A stretch of 64,000 nucleotides of DNA from Chiloscyllium plagiosum (Eukaryota): positions 58,386,411 to 58,450,410 of the forward strand of contig NC_057719.1 in assembly GCF_004010195.1 (NCBI RefSeq), in the 5' to 3' direction. Positions 62,560-64,000 of the stretch are shown piece by piece. The stretch's first letter is position 1; each line of letters begins with the position of its first letter. The notes under the pieces were generated by a model. That model ran no database searches, was not told where the DNA came from, and saw nothing but the letters and a program-made list of their open reading frames with translations. Made by a program: the position numbers and the translations under genes.

Positions 62560-64000
62560 CACCTTTCCACCAGTGATAAAATTCCAAGCAAATTTATTGA
62601 GCACTCTCCAATTGACTTTTGATTAACTCACATGCTTTGTCAGTTTTTCTCAGGAACTTGGTACATAGGTTGGAAATGTATTCTGAGCTTTAGTATATAT
62701 GTTGTTTAATAAATTTAAGGGGTCTTCTCATTTTGTGCTCATACAACAGTTCAAAAGGCCTTAATCCTATTCTACCATTAGGATGTCATTAATGATGAAA
62801 AGGAGCAAGATTATTATTACAATAATTAGGAAATCTGAACAATAAGCTATAAATGTAGTCTTCAAAGTTGTTGCTAATGCTCCTTGAGATTGTGGATGAA
62901 AAGCTGAAATAACTTGCTTTATTCCCAAACTTCTCATTATTTCTTTGAACATTTATATTATTTAATCAGATCAACATTCAAATTTTATTTCCTTGGGTAA
63001 TCAATTTATTATGGGAAAAAAAATTGTACCAACTACCCACCTTTTTTTGCTACTACTTTCCCAAAAGGCATTACCTCAGGAAATCTTGTTGAAACATGCA
63101 TAAAATTAAGGGACACTGATTCCCACGTGAGGTTTTAAGTAGGGGTCCAACACAATCTATTAAGACCCTGCTAAATGATTTTTCAAAAGCTGGTATTGGA
63201 ATGAAAAACACAGTTTTAACTGATTGACTTTTCCCATTGACGTGGCATGTATGACCTGATTGACAAAACTTCACCATCATTATGTAATCCTGGCCAATTT
63301 TCTTTCACACTATTCGAGCCTGTTTCCTAGTACTAAAGTGACCTGCCATTGGAACTTTTGAGCCATTCATAAATTCTTTTTTACATACATTTGGAACCAC
63401 CATCTGATGAACAGTTGTCCATTCCTCATTGGTATCTGAGATGATCTCACTTCCTGATTCACACTTTGCCTTTTAATAGTGCTCAGGTATTGGTTGTAAT
63501 TAAGTTTGTGAGAAAGCTCTTTATGCAGTTCTGTCAAGGCAAGATCCATATGTTGTATTTACAGTAAAGTAGATGGGCTAGACATGTTTGCCTCATTCTC
63601 TTTACCTATCTCCTTGTTACTTAGGTTTTTCAAAATTATATTAAACAAAGGAATTTTCACATCATCATTTTTAATAGATGCTCTCATGTCCTGTTTACTT
63701 GTCTGGTATTTAGTCACAACGCAGTCTGGAAATAATCTAGGAAGTTGCTAATGTAGCATCTCAGGTCCTTTTTCTTCCATTTTTGTTCCAAAACCATCAG
63801 AGAGGTCAATATTTTGATGAGCCAAGACAATCCCAAAATAAAATGAATCCCTTACATTGTGCATTGTCCCCACTACAACTGTTCCAATTCTAAGTAATTC
63901 TTTAACCCAATGTGATATATAATGTGACCAGTTTGTCACCTCCAAAAAAAAACTCCAATTTTTTTTCCCATTAGTTCTGCTGGTAGACAAATTGTATAAT
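62560..64000 (-). mobile_element. Second, older Gypsy element: integrase region
   Basis: IPIPAFEKSFSRVLIDCVGPLLKTSRGNQ and LGIKQVISAFHPQSQGAL are rve integrase motifs, with a decayed HHCC region upstream. Confidence 0.85.

Noticed and set aside
160..64000. Most remaining short ORFs in the track
   Set aside because: They are antisense or off-frame readings of TEs, or chance ORFs in AT-rich DNA with no recognisable domains.

Overview
This is vertebrate genomic DNA, almost certainly from a cartilaginous fish (shark). That is an inference from the HE1-type tRNA/V-SINEs and the shark-type CR1 and Penelope-like families. No intact host protein-coding gene can be supported. The window is a nested stack of decayed transposable elements: many CR1 and L2/CR1-group LINE pieces, tRNA-derived SINEs, three distinct Penelope-like element (PLE) families, two decayed Gypsy LTR elements, putative solo LTRs and Tc1/mariner-type MITEs. 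It also holds a 953-nt assembly gap, an RPS15A processed pseudogene and a DHX33 N-terminal pseudogene fragment. Most interesting: (1) At 55.4-58.1 kb the TATA-like motif (TATAAACAGG) of a Gypsy 5' LTR carries about eight head-to-tail poly(A)-tailed insertions. Four are long copies of an unidentified structured ~180-300 nt element, three are tiny inserts, and one is an RPS15A mRNA copy that starts at its TOP tract. The motif recurs at every junction, which suggests a target-specific retroposition system aimed at an LTR promoter. (2) All three PLE families carry minimal hammerhead ribozyme motifs. Three ~150-215 bp foldback mini-elements are made almost entirely of PLE termini and have exact 14-17 bp target-site duplications. 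Repeat boundaries were read by eye and are approximate unless a TSD is quoted.
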